64,000 nucleotides of DNA from Bacteroidota bacterium (GCA_020048915.1 JAIFLU010000017.1:484-64483), one strand, 5' to 3'; shown: positions 35,512 to 46,328, numbered from the stretch's first letter. Numbers and translations: made by a program. The notes: generated from the sequence alone by a model not told the origin.

Positions 35512-38064
35512 CTAGTAACTATCTATTAATGTTATTGCCTTAATTTCGCCTTCCAGCTCGCCCGCATAGCTGATGGTGTAAGTTTTACCTGGCAGCATAT
35601 CGAAAAAATTATTGCTGAAACGGCCTTCGGAAGTTGAGCTTAAGGCTACATTCTTAACCAGTGTGTTTGAAACTAGTGTGATTTTAAATTCTTTGCTGCC
35701 TGTTTTTTCAACAGTTTTAACAATTTCAGGCTTTTCCAACGATAAAGCTTTGATTTCACGGAAATAAAAAAGGTTTTCGGCCACTACATTCTGGCCTTTT
35801 TTAACCTTCACTTCCAGTACCATTTTGGTTGGGTTTCCTTTGGCTGCAAGTTCTTTTTCGGGAACCGACAAGTAAACCTGACTGGTATTTGCGGCCAAAA
35901 CGATTTTTTTGTTTTGTTGCCAAAGTTTTTTTCCGCTGAAATCGTATAGAGTGGCTTCCAGTTGATGTTCTTCGGCTTCCAGTTTATCGTTGGCGATGGC
36001 TATTTTAATATCTGCGCCATCCCTGAAAATAACGGGCAGTACTGGTTTAAAAGCTTCGCGTACAAAGTAATGCAATGCCTTCCACCGGCCCAAATAATCA
36101 ACACTGGACCACGACATGGTAGGCCAGCAATCGTTTATCTGCCAGTAGAGCGAACCCATGCAATGTGGCATTTGCCGGCGGTGTGCTTCGATGGCAAACT
36201 TTACACCCTCCGCTTGCATTACCTGGCTCAGGTAAACAAACGATTCAAAATCTCTGGCAGGTTTATAGTAGCGTTTTATATAGGTGTTTATCATTTCGTT
36301 ACCGTTAAAGCCCGGAGCAATCCAAGGCATAAGGCTGCGCTGGCGGTGTTCCATAATAGGAGAACGGTATGCCTTATCGCTGTCGCTGGCAAAGGCATTT
36401 ATGGTTTTCATTTCGGGGAACGATTGCAGCCCGTATTCGCTGATGAAGCGCGCTGTATTTTCTGCATAGGTTGAAAAAGGCACATCGCCAAACCAAATGC
36501 GCCAGTCGTGCTCATCGCCCGATGAAGGGTTTGAAAGCGTGTTGTTTTCGCCTTGTGGCGACGAAGGCCAGTAGGTTATTTCGGGATGATTTTCTTTAAC
36601 CACCTCGGGCAGGATGGTGTAAAATATTTTTTTATAAACATTCCAGAGCGTGTCGGCCTGACCGGGTTTAACCTTAGCCGGCCATCCCCAGTCGTTCCAG
36701 GCTCGTAAATTTTCGTTGTTGCCACACCAGAGGGCTATGGAAGCGTGATTGCGCAACCGTTTTACGTTGTATTCGGCTTCTTTGCGGATATTTTCGAGAT
36801 GCAAAGAGTCGTCGGGCTGCATATTACAGGCAAACATAAAATCGTTCCAGGCAAGTATGCCTTTTTCGTCGAACAAGTCGTACAGCTCATTACCTTCGTA
36901 GATAGCACCACCCCAAACACGGATCATGTTCATATTGGCATCCACGGCATCCTGTACCACGCATTTATAGTTATCGAGGGTGTTGCGTGTTGTAAAAATA
37001 TCGGATGGGATGTAATTGGCCCCTTTCATAAATACAGGTACGCCGTTAACCTTAAAGGTGAATGAAGTACCGGTGGAATCTTTTCCACGGGACAGTTCCA
37101 GTGTACGAACCCCAAGGCGGTGCGACAGGGTTTGCAGGGTTTTATTGCCTTTTACGAGCCGTAGCTCCAACTGATATAGTTTTTGGCTGCCAAGTCCGTT
37201 TGGCCACCACAGTTCAGGTTTGTCCATGGTAAATTCGATACCGGAGTTGTGGATTCCCGGTTGAAGCTCTATTTTTTGAGAGGCCATTTTTTTGTTATCC
37301 ACCCACACTTCAAGACCTGCATCGAGGTTACCGGTGGCCTCAACTGCAGCAGAAACCCGGTATGTGGCCTTTTCGGAAGAAACATTCAGCGGTTTTATGT
37401 AGAGGTCGTTCATTTTAGCTTCATTCCAGGCCACTATCTTCGCAGGTTTCCAAACCCCGCAGGTTACCAGTCTCGGACCCCAGTCCCAGCCATAATGAAA
37501 CGGTGCTTTGCGGGTAAACACGTTGGTACGCTCGTTTTCCGGGGCTATTTCATTGGCGGCCATAATCAGGTAAGGCACCTTCTTAAGTTTTTCCATGCCC
37601 ACTTTTACAGCAGAGTGGAAATAAATGCGCAAGGTGTTTTCGCCTTTCTTCATGAATTTTTTAGCTTCGACGTTCCACCCCAGAAACATGTTATCGGCTT
37701 TTAATACCAGCGAATCGTTCAGATAAACATCAGCGTAGGTATCGAGGCCATCAAACACAAGATCGATGTTAGGATAAGAAGCTATTTCGCCGGAGAGATT
37801 AAACCGGGTAGAATATTCCCAGTCGGCATTCTCGATCCATTTTACTGCTTGTTCATTTTTCCGGTAAAACGGGTCGGGGATTTTTTTGCTGGCGAGCAAA
37901 TCGGTATGCACGCAACCGGGAACTTTAGCCGGCAGCCAGGCTGTATCACCGGCTTTGCGGAACTGCCAGGGCGAGTTTATTACTTCCGTAAATACCTGTT
38001 GTTTGGAAGCGCAACTACACAAAATAATTAAAGTGATGCATATCAGGAGGATGTGTTTTTTCAT
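35512..38064 (-). CDS. GH2 beta-mannosidase
   Basis: RKAPFHYGWDWGP, KGANYIP, NMIRVWGG, WCGNNE, RFISEYG, YWQINDCWP; lipobox LCSC. Confidence 0.93.
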   Translation of the reverse strand: MKKHILLICITLIILCSCASKQQVFTEVINSPWQFRKAGDTAWLPAKVPGCVHTDLLASKKIPDPFYRKNEQAVKWIENADWEYSTRFNLSGEIASYPNIDLVFDGLDTYADVYLNDSLVLKADNMFLGWNVEAKKFMKKGENTLRIYFHSAVKVGMEKLKKVPYLIMAANEIAPENERTNVFTRKAPFHYGWDWGPRLVTCGVWKPAKIVAWNEAKMNDLYIKPLNVSSEKATYRVSAAVEATGNLDAGLEVWVDNKKMASQKIELQPGIHNSGIEFTMDKPELWWPNGLGSQKLYQLELRLVKGNKTLQTLSHRLGVRTLELSRGKDSTGTSFTFKVNGVPVFMKGANYIPSDIFTTRNTLDNYKCVVQDAVDANMNMIRVWGGAIYEGNELYDLFDEKGILAWNDFMFACNMQPDDSLHLENIRKEAEYNVKRLRNHASIALWCGNNENLRAWNDWGWPAKVKPGQADTLWNVYKKIFYTILPEVVKENHPEITYWPSSPQGENNTLSNPSSGDEHDWRIWFGDVPFSTYAENTARFISEYGLQSFPEMKTINAFASDSDKAYRSPIMEHRQRSLMPWIAPGFNGNEMINTYIKRYYKPARDFESFVYLSQVMQAEGVKFAIEAHRRQMPHCMGSLYWQINDCWPTMSWSSVDYLGRWKALHYFVREAFKPVLPVIFRDGADIKIAIANDKLEAEEHQLEATLYDFSGKKLWQQNKKIVLAANTSQVYLSVPEKELAAKGNPTKMVLEVKVKKGQNVVAENLFYFREIKALSLEKPEIVKTVEKTGSKEFKITLVSNTLVKNVALSSTSEGRFSNNFFDMLPGKTYTISYAGELEGEIKAITLIDSY

Positions 38065-38263
38065 TTTTTCGGTGATTAATAGTTATCCAATAGTTTCGTT
38101 TATAATTCTTTCAGTTGCAATTCATGAGTTTACCATCAGTGCATAATTTGCCAGGTTTTTTTCAAAACCCCTTTTCAGACATTCAAATGTATTTTTATCG
38201 TGCATCACTGACAATATACATTTTGGTGTTTCCTTTATACATTCTGATCATGTCCTTTAATTT

Positions 38264-39916
38264 CTAATTGAAATTCACCAGGATTGTGTTGGAGTTTCCG
38301 TTTCCGCTGAAAACAGCGTACTTCGACTGGTTTACCTGGTCGACCGACACCTTAACATTTTTGCCGTTGATGGTAGCAGAAGCCGATTTCGCTTTATCAG
38401 GGAAAGGTACCCGCATGGTAAAGCGCTCGAATTTGCCACTGGTCTTAATCTCAACCCTGTTGTTCCGGAACGCATACTCGTAGCTCACCTGGTTGCCGTC
38501 GCTGCCGTAGCCCACATCTACCTTGGTTTTTTCAACTCCTGCAAAATACCACCGCGGTGATATTTCCACTTCTTTGAACAGATTGCTTTTATCCACCACT
38601 CCGGCAAGTCCTTCCACCAAGGCACTTACAAAAGCTGCCTGACCCCATTCGTCGGGAATAGCTTCTTCCTGGGCGGTGCCATCGGCGTTTACACAGCCCG
38701 GCACTTTGCGGTTGTTCTTTTTCATTATCTCTTCCAGTAGCCTGAACTGTTCAATCCCAAAGCGTTCAAAACCATTCTGAAGGGCAGCCTTGGCCAGCTC
38801 TCCGCCCACTAACGGCAAAATAGCGCCATTCATGTATTCTCCAACTTTGTAGTTTCCAAAATGGGGCGGGATGAATGGGTAAATTCCGTACCAGGGCGCT
38901 AGCGATTCGCTTTTTGTTTTTTCGCCGATCTCCTGGTAGGTTTTGATGATGGAAGCGGCCATTTCGCGGGTAGGTGCTCCACGATTGATGGAGTAGGTAT
39001 TGGATAAGCCAATTGACTGAATAGGATCAGTTTGAATATGAGAGGGAACAGGTTCTTCAGGAATAAAATGTGCGTAATGTTTTCCGTTCCAGCACAATGT
39101 ATTTAGCCGGTGGCGGAATAAATCGCCTTGTATATCCCATTCTTTGGCAGCATTAGCTTCTCCAATTGCACTATATAATTCGGATAGTATTTTACTGGCC
39201 ATAAACATACCGCTGTTATCGCCATGCATAATGCCCTTTGGCGTTTTATCGGTGTTGTCGATATGCCCTAAAAGCCGGTCAACGCCAGTGAGACTGTCGT
39301 GCTGCGATGTGAAATCCCAGGTATCGATGGTATAAGGACGTTTTACCAGCAGGTTTTTGCCCGACCACCGCAGGGGATCATTCATCAGGTACTTCATCCC
39401 TTTTACCAGCGTTGGCAACCATTTTTTCACATATTCAGCATCGCCGGTAGCCTGCCAGTTGGTATACACCCCTTCAACCAACAGGTATTCGAGATCGGCT
39501 TCCATAGGCATGCGGAAGAAAAAATTTTGCTGGTTTACATCCACAAAATAAAACTGGCGGTCGAAGCAGTTGGTAAAGAACATCTGGCCCACGTTCTTAT
39601 CTTTGTACGATTCCCAATAATCGAAATACATTCCCTTATCGGTCTGGTGTTCCATAAAAAAAGCAATGTAGCTCGCAAGGTCTTTTTCCCAGTATTTGTA
39701 AGCTTTTGTGGTATGAATATGATCGCGCACCCAGGTTACAAACATCAGCCGTTCTTTACCGTCGAGGGTTACTTTTTGTACACGGTTACTGGCATAAAGA
39801 TTCTTTTTAAGATCGTTTAGCAGCGAGGCATAGAGGCCAGCCTCGGCAGAGAATTCGGTCTGGGCTGAAATTCTTATAAAGAGAAAGAGCAGGACTATGG
39901 TAATTCTGGTTTTCAT
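38264..39916 (-). CDS. Unclassified six-hairpin glycosidase-like protein 'family Y' (compact form)
   Basis: Signal peptide, WVRD, EADLEY, KRPYTIDTWDF, HGDNSG, YMNG, PDEWG, EGLAGV. Confidence 0.6.
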   Translation of the reverse strand: MKTRITIVLLFLFIRISAQTEFSAEAGLYASLLNDLKKNLYASNRVQKVTLDGKERLMFVTWVRDHIHTTKAYKYWEKDLASYIAFFMEHQTDKGMYFDYWESYKDKNVGQMFFTNCFDRQFYFVDVNQQNFFFRMPMEADLEYLLVEGVYTNWQATGDAEYVKKWLPTLVKGMKYLMNDPLRWSGKNLLVKRPYTIDTWDFTSQHDSLTGVDRLLGHIDNTDKTPKGIMHGDNSGMFMASKILSELYSAIGEANAAKEWDIQGDLFRHRLNTLCWNGKHYAHFIPEEPVPSHIQTDPIQSIGLSNTYSINRGAPTREMAASIIKTYQEIGEKTKSESLAPWYGIYPFIPPHFGNYKVGEYMNGAILPLVGGELAKAALQNGFERFGIEQFRLLEEIMKKNNRKVPGCVNADGTAQEEAIPDEWGQAAFVSALVEGLAGVVDKSNLFKEVEISPRWYFAGVEKTKVDVGYGSDGNQVSYEYAFRNNRVEIKTSGKFERFTMRVPFPDKAKSASATINGKNVKVSVDQVNQSKYAVFSGNGNSNTILVNFN

Positions 39917-39953
39917 GGATGTTTTATTAATGATGTAAAAGGATTAGGACAGT

Positions 39954-40008
39954 TAAACACGAAAACACTTAGAATAATTAACATCAGTGTCTTCGTGACT
40001 TCGTGTTA
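39954..40008. repeat. Short CACGAA-based inverted/tandem repeat hairpin
   Basis: ACACGAAAACACT...AGTGTCTTCGTG-ACTTCGTGTT. A related GCACGAAG occurs at 42881. Confidence 0.55.
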
Positions 40009-40023
40009 ATCATTTCTTCTTTA

Positions 40024-41499
40024 TTAAGCTGGTAACGACCAACCTTGACGATAATTGTGCTTTGTGAATTCATCAGCTGTTTGCTTTGCGTTGAAGCTGG
40101 CATATTGTGTATCGAATTTCGGATCGCCATCTATCACGGTAAACTTGTTTGAAGTGATTACTCCAATCTTATCTGTATCTGAGATGTTTGTAAAACGCAT
40201 GTTTTCGCCATCCCACAGGAGTTTACGTTTGAGATCCTGAAGGCGGACTGCCAGAACACCCATCACCACCATTTCGTTAAACGGACCGGCATAGCCAAAA
40301 TGAGAACTGGCTTCAACCCGGTTTTTTGGTGATTCTTTACAAGCTCTTACCCAATCAGTCTGATGATTTAACCCGCTTGCCATTCGTGGAAGAACAACGG
40401 GAGCTTTGGGAATTCTACCTGAAACCAGCCGTGGACGCGCTGAATAACAATCGGTTACCAGAATATCTTTTGAACCAACGAACATTACACCACCATTCCA
40501 GTCGCCCATTGGAAAGTTATCGGGCATTTTATCGGGGCGTTTCGGTAACAAGCCACCATCATACCAGGTAACTTTCACTTCAGGCATATTAACCAGTTTT
40601 TCATTTGGTCGCGCCGGAAATTCAAAATTTACCATTTGCGCATTGGGGGCGCATTCGGTATTCACAGGAGTTGAACTTCCCTGGATTGCAGCAGGATATT
40701 TCAGTTTTAAGGAACGGAAAACAGGATCGAGAATGTGGCAAGCCATATCGCCGAGTGCTCCTGTTCCAAAATCCCACCAACCACGCCAGTTCCAGGGGGT
40801 ATAAATTTCGTGGTAGGGGCGCATGGGTGCCGGACCAACAAATAAATCCCAATTTAATGTTTCGGGAACTTTCATTTCACTTTCAGGACGCTGTAACCCT
40901 TGTGGCCAGATGGGACGGTTGGTCCATGCGTGAACTTCGCGTACTTCGCCTATTTCTCCATTCCATATCCATTCGCAAACCAGGCGGATATCTTCCGAAG
41001 AGCTTCCCTGATTACCCATTTGGGTAGCAACTTTATATTTTTCGGTAAGTTTGGTAAGAAGACGCGATTCGTGCACCGAGTGAGTAAGCGGCTTTTCGCA
41101 ATATACATGTTTTCCCAGGGTAATGGCCGACGCAGAAATGATGGCGTGCGACTGGTCGGAAGTTGCAACCATCACGGCATCAATATCTTTATTCATTTCG
41201 TCGAACATCTTTCTCCAGTCCCAATACTTTTTAGCATTAGGATAATCGAGAAAAGTTTTATTGGCATATTTCCAGTCGACATCGCAAAGAGCCACAACAT
41301 TAATAGCATCTTTCATTCCGCGGAGGTCGCCACGTCCCTGGCCACCAACGCCAATACCAGCCACATTCAGCGTATCGCTGGGAGCACGGTGACCAAGTCC
41401 CGAAACCACATGGCTGGGAACCAATGTAAAAGCAGTTGCAGCGGCAGTAGTTCCAAGAAACCTGCGCCGAGTTATTGATGTAGTCTTATTTGTGTTCAT
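40024..41499 (-). CDS. Tat-exported Gfo/Idh/MocA-family NAD-dependent oxidoreductase
   Basis: TRRRFL Tat motif, GIGVGGQG, HVYCEKPL, TQMGNQG, WRGWWDFGTGALGDMACH. Confidence 0.92.
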   Translation of the reverse strand: MNTNKTTSITRRRFLGTTAAATAFTLVPSHVVSGLGHRAPSDTLNVAGIGVGGQGRGDLRGMKDAINVVALCDVDWKYANKTFLDYPNAKKYWDWRKMFDEMNKDIDAVMVATSDQSHAIISASAITLGKHVYCEKPLTHSVHESRLLTKLTEKYKVATQMGNQGSSSEDIRLVCEWIWNGEIGEVREVHAWTNRPIWPQGLQRPESEMKVPETLNWDLFVGPAPMRPYHEIYTPWNWRGWWDFGTGALGDMACHILDPVFRSLKLKYPAAIQGSSTPVNTECAPNAQMVNFEFPARPNEKLVNMPEVKVTWYDGGLLPKRPDKMPDNFPMGDWNGGVMFVGSKDILVTDCYSARPRLVSGRIPKAPVVLPRMASGLNHQTDWVRACKESPKNRVEASSHFGYAGPFNEMVVMGVLAVRLQDLKRKLLWDGENMRFTNISDTDKIGVITSNKFTVIDGDPKFDTQYASFNAKQTADEFTKHNYRQGWSLPA

Positions 41500-41516
41500 T
41501 TGAATATTAATTAGGT

Positions 41517-42857
41517 TTATTTAAATACAATATCATCTGCATGAATGGTAGTGATCATTCCGTTGTAAGTGCTATTGATTTTGGTTCCGTGAATCACAAA
41601 ATTCTCGATTACCACGCCCGTAATCCGATGGTTTTCGTCAAATCCAATCAGCTGCGAATAAGGGGAAATATCTCCTTCCACGGTAATGTTTCTGAACCGC
41701 ACATCTTCAATTTTACCACGAACCTTATCTTTGGAATAGCTTGAATTGAGAATTTTAAAGTCGATAAGCCAACCCCGGCTGTCTTCCACGCGGATATCCT
41801 CATACAAAACATTCTTCACCACAGCCCTGTCGCCGTTATGGATTGTGAATGTGCCTTCCGGACCCTCCACATGAATGAGGTCGCAATTTCGGAAAATGAT
41901 GTTTTTAATGGTATCGGCACGGGTTTCGAAGCCTATTTCGATTCCGTTACCCCATACGCCGTTCCACAACACCGAATTTTGTACCACCACATTGTCAACA
42001 TTAGAGCTGCTGTTGAATTTTGTGAAGTAATTCACACCCGCCTTGATGGCGATGCAATCGTCCTTGGTTTGAATAAAGCAGTTATTCACGAGTACGTGCT
42101 GCGACGCGACAATGTCGATGCCATCGTCCCAATCGTTGGAAGAGACAATTTTTAGGTTATCGTAGGTAACATTTTTAGAGGCATGCGAGGCACAACTCCA
42201 GTGACGACTTTCGGTGAGAATGATGCCTTCGATGCGTACGTCTTCGCTTTGGTTGATCTCAATAGGCCGATGCTGCCCTTTGTTATAGTGGCTATTGTCG
42301 AGAATGCCCCTGCCGGCAATCCGGATATTTCGCACCTTATCGGTCATGAAATGCCCCCGCACAATAGCACCACCTTCAATATAAACGGTCTGGTTGCTTT
42401 GGATCATCACCTCGCCGGGATAGTGGATTTTCCCTGCTTCAAAGAAAATTACATTCTTATCAGCTTTATTGGGAACTTCTTTTTCGAGCGGATTGGCAAA
42501 AATAAAAAGTGGTCGTTTCAGGTTTTTGTTAATTTCCACACTCAAATGTTCGGGTTTGTCAATCGAAAACCTGACCTGGTTCCGGTAGAGTTCACCGGCA
42601 ATGTTGCGGCTTTTAGGACGAATATCGAAGTCGTACACTTTGGCCAGGAATGTGACTTTCACTTCCACTTTGCCTTCGAACGAAAAATAAGCTACCGCGG
42701 CATTCCGGGTATTATAAACAAAAACCGGACGGCCATTAACTTCAAGTTCAAACTCGGGAGCAGCCTCGGCACCTTCCGGAGCATTGTAGGTGACCAGTTT
42801 CTGGGCCTGAAGAGAAAAGCTTGTAAACAGAAGAACTGAAATTAAGTATTTTTTCAT
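41517..42857 (-). CDS. GH28-like beta-helix glycoside hydrolase
   Basis: YIEGGAIV, GRGILD, WDDGID, KDDCIAIKAG, WGNGIEIGFE. Confidence 0.75.
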   Translation of the reverse strand: MKKYLISVLLFTSFSLQAQKLVTYNAPEGAEAAPEFELEVNGRPVFVYNTRNAAVAYFSFEGKVEVKVTFLAKVYDFDIRPKSRNIAGELYRNQVRFSIDKPEHLSVEINKNLKRPLFIFANPLEKEVPNKADKNVIFFEAGKIHYPGEVMIQSNQTVYIEGGAIVRGHFMTDKVRNIRIAGRGILDNSHYNKGQHRPIEINQSEDVRIEGIILTESRHWSCASHASKNVTYDNLKIVSSNDWDDGIDIVASQHVLVNNCFIQTKDDCIAIKAGVNYFTKFNSSSNVDNVVVQNSVLWNGVWGNGIEIGFETRADTIKNIIFRNCDLIHVEGPEGTFTIHNGDRAVVKNVLYEDIRVEDSRGWLIDFKILNSSYSKDKVRGKIEDVRFRNITVEGDISPYSQLIGFDENHRITGVVIENFVIHGTKINSTYNGMITTIHADDIVFK

Positions 42858-42954
42858 TTGTATTGATTTAAGCCATTAAAGCACGAAGAAGTTATCTTTT
42901 TCATATCTATCAGGGAAACGGGAAGTGGCTGTTTGTCTAATTACTGATTACTAT

Positions 42955-43896
42955 TTACTTAGTACTTTTATCTTTATTCAGCCAATTAAGCCACAACTGT
43001 AAATTTTTGGTCCACGATGCAATATGGTTGTTATTGACACCCAACCCGAAACCATGACCGCCTTCGGAAAGGATGTGCAGCTCGGCAGGAATCTTCTTTT
43101 TCCGCATGGCAGCATACATCTGCAGCGAGTTTTCGACCGGCACTCCCTTGTCATCGTCGGCATGTACAAAGAAAGCAGGAGGCGTGTCGTCCTTCACCTG
43201 GAGCTCGTTGGAGTAATATTCAGCAAGTTTGGGATCGGCGTTTTTGCCCAGGAGAGCTTCTCTGGAGCCAGGATGCATCAACGGAGACGTGAACGAGATT
43301 ACCGGGTACATCAGCACCATAAAATCGGGTCGGCAGCTGAAGCGCTCCACAGTATCGCTGGCCGATTTATTGCCGTAATCGAAATGCGTCCCGAGGGTAG
43401 AAGCCAGGTGACCACCTGCCGAGAATCCCATGACTCCGATTTTGGCGGTATCAATGTTCCATTTGGCAGCATTTGTGCGCACCAGACGCATGGCACGCTG
43501 GGCATCCATGAGCGGAGCTTTATGCGGTTCGACGGTATTGCCCGCCGTTGGCAGGCGATATTTCAGCACAATGCCAGTCACACCAATGGAATTCAGGTAT
43601 CGGGCAATGTCGGTACCTTCCAGGTCGTAAGCCAAAATCCAATATCCGCCGCCCGGACAAATCACCACAGCCTGTCCGGTGGAAAAGCGTTTCGAAGGTA
43701 AATACACAGCAATATTGGGTTCCTGAACATTGGATACAATAATGATATCTTTCTTTTCTACCTTTTCGGGGGTGTCCGTTTTTTTGGAATTGGGAATTTC
43801 GCCACTGTAAAGCGGAAGCACAAAATCCTGACCGCTTACCACCAGGGTCAACCCGGTGAAGAAGACATAGAGAGTGAGGATGCGTTTGATATACAT
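42955..43896 (-). CDS. Alpha/beta-hydrolase, probable carbohydrate (acetyl) esterase
   Basis: CPGGGY, LKYRLP, GFSAGGHLA (Ser), HADDDKGV (Asp), GGHGFG (His). Confidence 0.88.
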   Translation of the reverse strand: MYIKRILTLYVFFTGLTLVVSGQDFVLPLYSGEIPNSKKTDTPEKVEKKDIIIVSNVQEPNIAVYLPSKRFSTGQAVVICPGGGYWILAYDLEGTDIARYLNSIGVTGIVLKYRLPTAGNTVEPHKAPLMDAQRAMRLVRTNAAKWNIDTAKIGVMGFSAGGHLASTLGTHFDYGNKSASDTVERFSCRPDFMVLMYPVISFTSPLMHPGSREALLGKNADPKLAEYYSNELQVKDDTPPAFFVHADDDKGVPVENSLQMYAAMRKKKIPAELHILSEGGHGFGLGVNNNHIASWTKNLQLWLNWLNKDKSTK

Positions 43897-43944
43897 TTTT
43901 ATCTGGTTTATTCGTTTTTAGTTTGATATTATTTTAGATAAAGC

Positions 43945-46323
43945 TTAAAGGGTAATCACCTGTTTACCCGACTTCAATCTTATCGTTTTGCCATTCCAGA
44001 GGAATGTTCCGGCAAGCGTTCCGGGTAAATCCACTTCTGCTACCAGTTTACCACCCGTAAGCTTCATTTTCACCTGTATGTTTCCCTGCGGACAGGGTAC
44101 TTGCCCTTCGGCGAATTTGAGACCGCCCAAATGAGGTTTGATGGTAACCGATTTAAAACCCGGGCTTCCAGGTTCCACGCCAAGCACCGTTGCAAGCAAG
44201 TCGTAGTTCGGGCTGGCACTCCAGGCATGGCAATCGGAGCGGGTAGGTTCAGGTCTTTCGGCAAAGGTGGTAAGTCCCATAGATATCATGTCTCTCCAAG
44301 GTGTGAGCATTTCAATATACTTTTCACCCAGTCGGGCTTTTTTCATTGCCTGGTTCAGATAAAACCTGTAATAAACAGTACATTGAATGATATTGGTATC
44401 AGCCACCGTCCGAAGCATCAGGTTTTTTGCATCCACTTTTTGCAGTGCATCAGTAAGTACGGCCAGCACATTGGCATGCTGACTGAATTCCTTTTTGTCG
44501 GGCATGTCGGCCATCATCATTTTATTGTTATCCCAGCACATGCGGAAAGTGCTTTGCTTGAGAGACGCCGAAACCTTTTTGTATTCCGAAGCTTCCTTTT
44601 TCATTCCGAACGCATCGAATATCTCAATTACCTTGTCAATAGCATAAGCAAACTGAAGAGTATGAATGGCGGAGTTTCCGTTGCGGGAACCTTTCGGAAG
44701 TCCGCTGTCTTCATCGTAACCTACCCAGGGCCATTCATTTGGCCAGTCGACAAAGTTCCAATAAGGAAGCGCTCCGAGCATTCCAGTTTTTGAGTCGATT
44801 TTACTTTTATGCCATTCGAGCACATCCAGCATGCCTTTCAGGTATTGACTTACAAAAGCATTGTCCTGCCGATACATCCAGTAATCGTGCACCATTACGG
44901 TCCAGAAAAGCGAGAACGGGGGAATAATCTGTTTGAATATATTAGGATACCGGCTCTGGGTGATTCCCTCTGGAATGCGGGAATCATCAAATTGCGAGAT
45001 GGCATTTCGCATCAGGCGGTCGTCGCCAGAAACGTACAGCGAAATAAGCGCCTGAATGCGGGTGTCGCCCACATATTGCAATTGCTCGTAGTAAGGACAA
45101 TCCATATAGGTATCGAAAGCACATAACCGGGCTGTTCGCCATCCGGTTTCCCATATTTTGGCCAGACTGACATCGTCGCTTTTGAAAAAAGCATTCTCTT
45201 TAAAGGGATATCCCGTAAAATTTGAGCTGAAATCGTGAATGACTAATGGATCGATATAATTCTGAATTTTCAGTTCCACATACCTGAAAGTCCGGTAGAA
45301 AAGCGGACGGAAAACAATGTTGGAATCGCCGTTTGGATAGATAACGTCATAAATGCCTTCAATTTTCTTCCCTTCCACTTCGTTCCGGTTGCCTTTATTG
45401 TCATTATGTTCGCTGAAAAGCGCTTCAGAATACGTTATGGTTATTTTGGCACCTTTGCCGCCACTGAAGCGAAGTTCGGGATAAGCAGTAGTAAGATGTT
45501 GCTGATCGAGTAAAATGGTAGTCTCCCCCCAGGGCTGAATCTCTAAATGCTCTTTACCTTTGATAAAATCATCGGAGAATGGAAGATTTTCCATCTTACG
45601 TACCGCTCCAAACCGTTGTGGAGTTTCCTCAGGCAGAGGTATATTCCGTTGAACCAACCTGCGGGAAGAAGACCCCTGTGCACCGGAAGGAATCGCTTCT
45701 TCGGAGAAAACAGCCGACATAAAAAACTTTTCATCGGCTTCAGGTTTTTCCCAACCGAAGGGATAGCGTGCTGCTAAAAAGCTCTCGCGAGCCCCCACAA
45801 ACTTGTGGATTTCGAAAAGCGGAGAATATGTGGTATTTTCCATTACTTTCCAGCTTTCATTGGTATTTACTACTGACTCAATGGCTGAATTCCCCTGCAC
45901 TACCAGTCCGGTTCCGCCGGTAACCTGCCATGCCGCCCGGTAATCGCCCTGGTTGTATACTGTAACGGCAAGAACATTTTTCCCTTTTTGGAGATAGGGA
46001 GCAATATCCAGGCTTTCGAAACGCCAGTGTGCCATGTCGCCTTTGGCCGGACCAGTGCAAATGCGTTTCCCGTTTACAAATAGCCAATAGCGGTTATCGG
46101 CCGAGATATGAATGATAAATTTGGCAGGAACATCGCTTAACTCAAACGATTTACGGAAATGATACACTCCATATTGCTCATTTGTCGCCGGATGTTTGAT
46201 CCATTGTGCCGGCCATATTTTATTCGTTAAATCGGGATGAATCTCACCGGTAAGCTGGGCCTTTACGGAAATACTTACGATCAATAACCCAAAAATCACT
46301 GCTATTCTGAATGCTTTTCCCAT
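43945..46323 (-). CDS. GH78 alpha-L-rhamnosidase family protein
   Basis: FRKSF, SADNRY, RTFRY, DCPYYEQLQYVGD, WNFVDW, TTFAE, RSDCHAWS. Confidence 0.9.
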   Translation of the reverse strand: MGKAFRIAVIFGLLIVSISVKAQLTGEIHPDLTNKIWPAQWIKHPATNEQYGVYHFRKSFELSDVPAKFIIHISADNRYWLFVNGKRICTGPAKGDMAHWRFESLDIAPYLQKGKNVLAVTVYNQGDYRAAWQVTGGTGLVVQGNSAIESVVNTNESWKVMENTTYSPLFEIHKFVGARESFLAARYPFGWEKPEADEKFFMSAVFSEEAIPSGAQGSSSRRLVQRNIPLPEETPQRFGAVRKMENLPFSDDFIKGKEHLEIQPWGETTILLDQQHLTTAYPELRFSGGKGAKITITYSEALFSEHNDNKGNRNEVEGKKIEGIYDVIYPNGDSNIVFRPLFYRTFRYVELKIQNYIDPLVIHDFSSNFTGYPFKENAFFKSDDVSLAKIWETGWRTARLCAFDTYMDCPYYEQLQYVGDTRIQALISLYVSGDDRLMRNAISQFDDSRIPEGITQSRYPNIFKQIIPPFSLFWTVMVHDYWMYRQDNAFVSQYLKGMLDVLEWHKSKIDSKTGMLGALPYWNFVDWPNEWPWVGYDEDSGLPKGSRNGNSAIHTLQFAYAIDKVIEIFDAFGMKKEASEYKKVSASLKQSTFRMCWDNNKMMMADMPDKKEFSQHANVLAVLTDALQKVDAKNLMLRTVADTNIIQCTVYYRFYLNQAMKKARLGEKYIEMLTPWRDMISMGLTTFAERPEPTRSDCHAWSASPNYDLLATVLGVEPGSPGFKSVTIKPHLGGLKFAEGQVPCPQGNIQVKMKLTGGKLVAEVDLPGTLAGTFLWNGKTIRLKSGKQVITL

Positions 46324-46328
46324 GTTTG

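Noticed and set aside
38065-38263. 200-bp spacer as a remnant of a small gene or an ncRNA
   Set aside because: Only short ORFs and weak inverted matches; no convincing motif.
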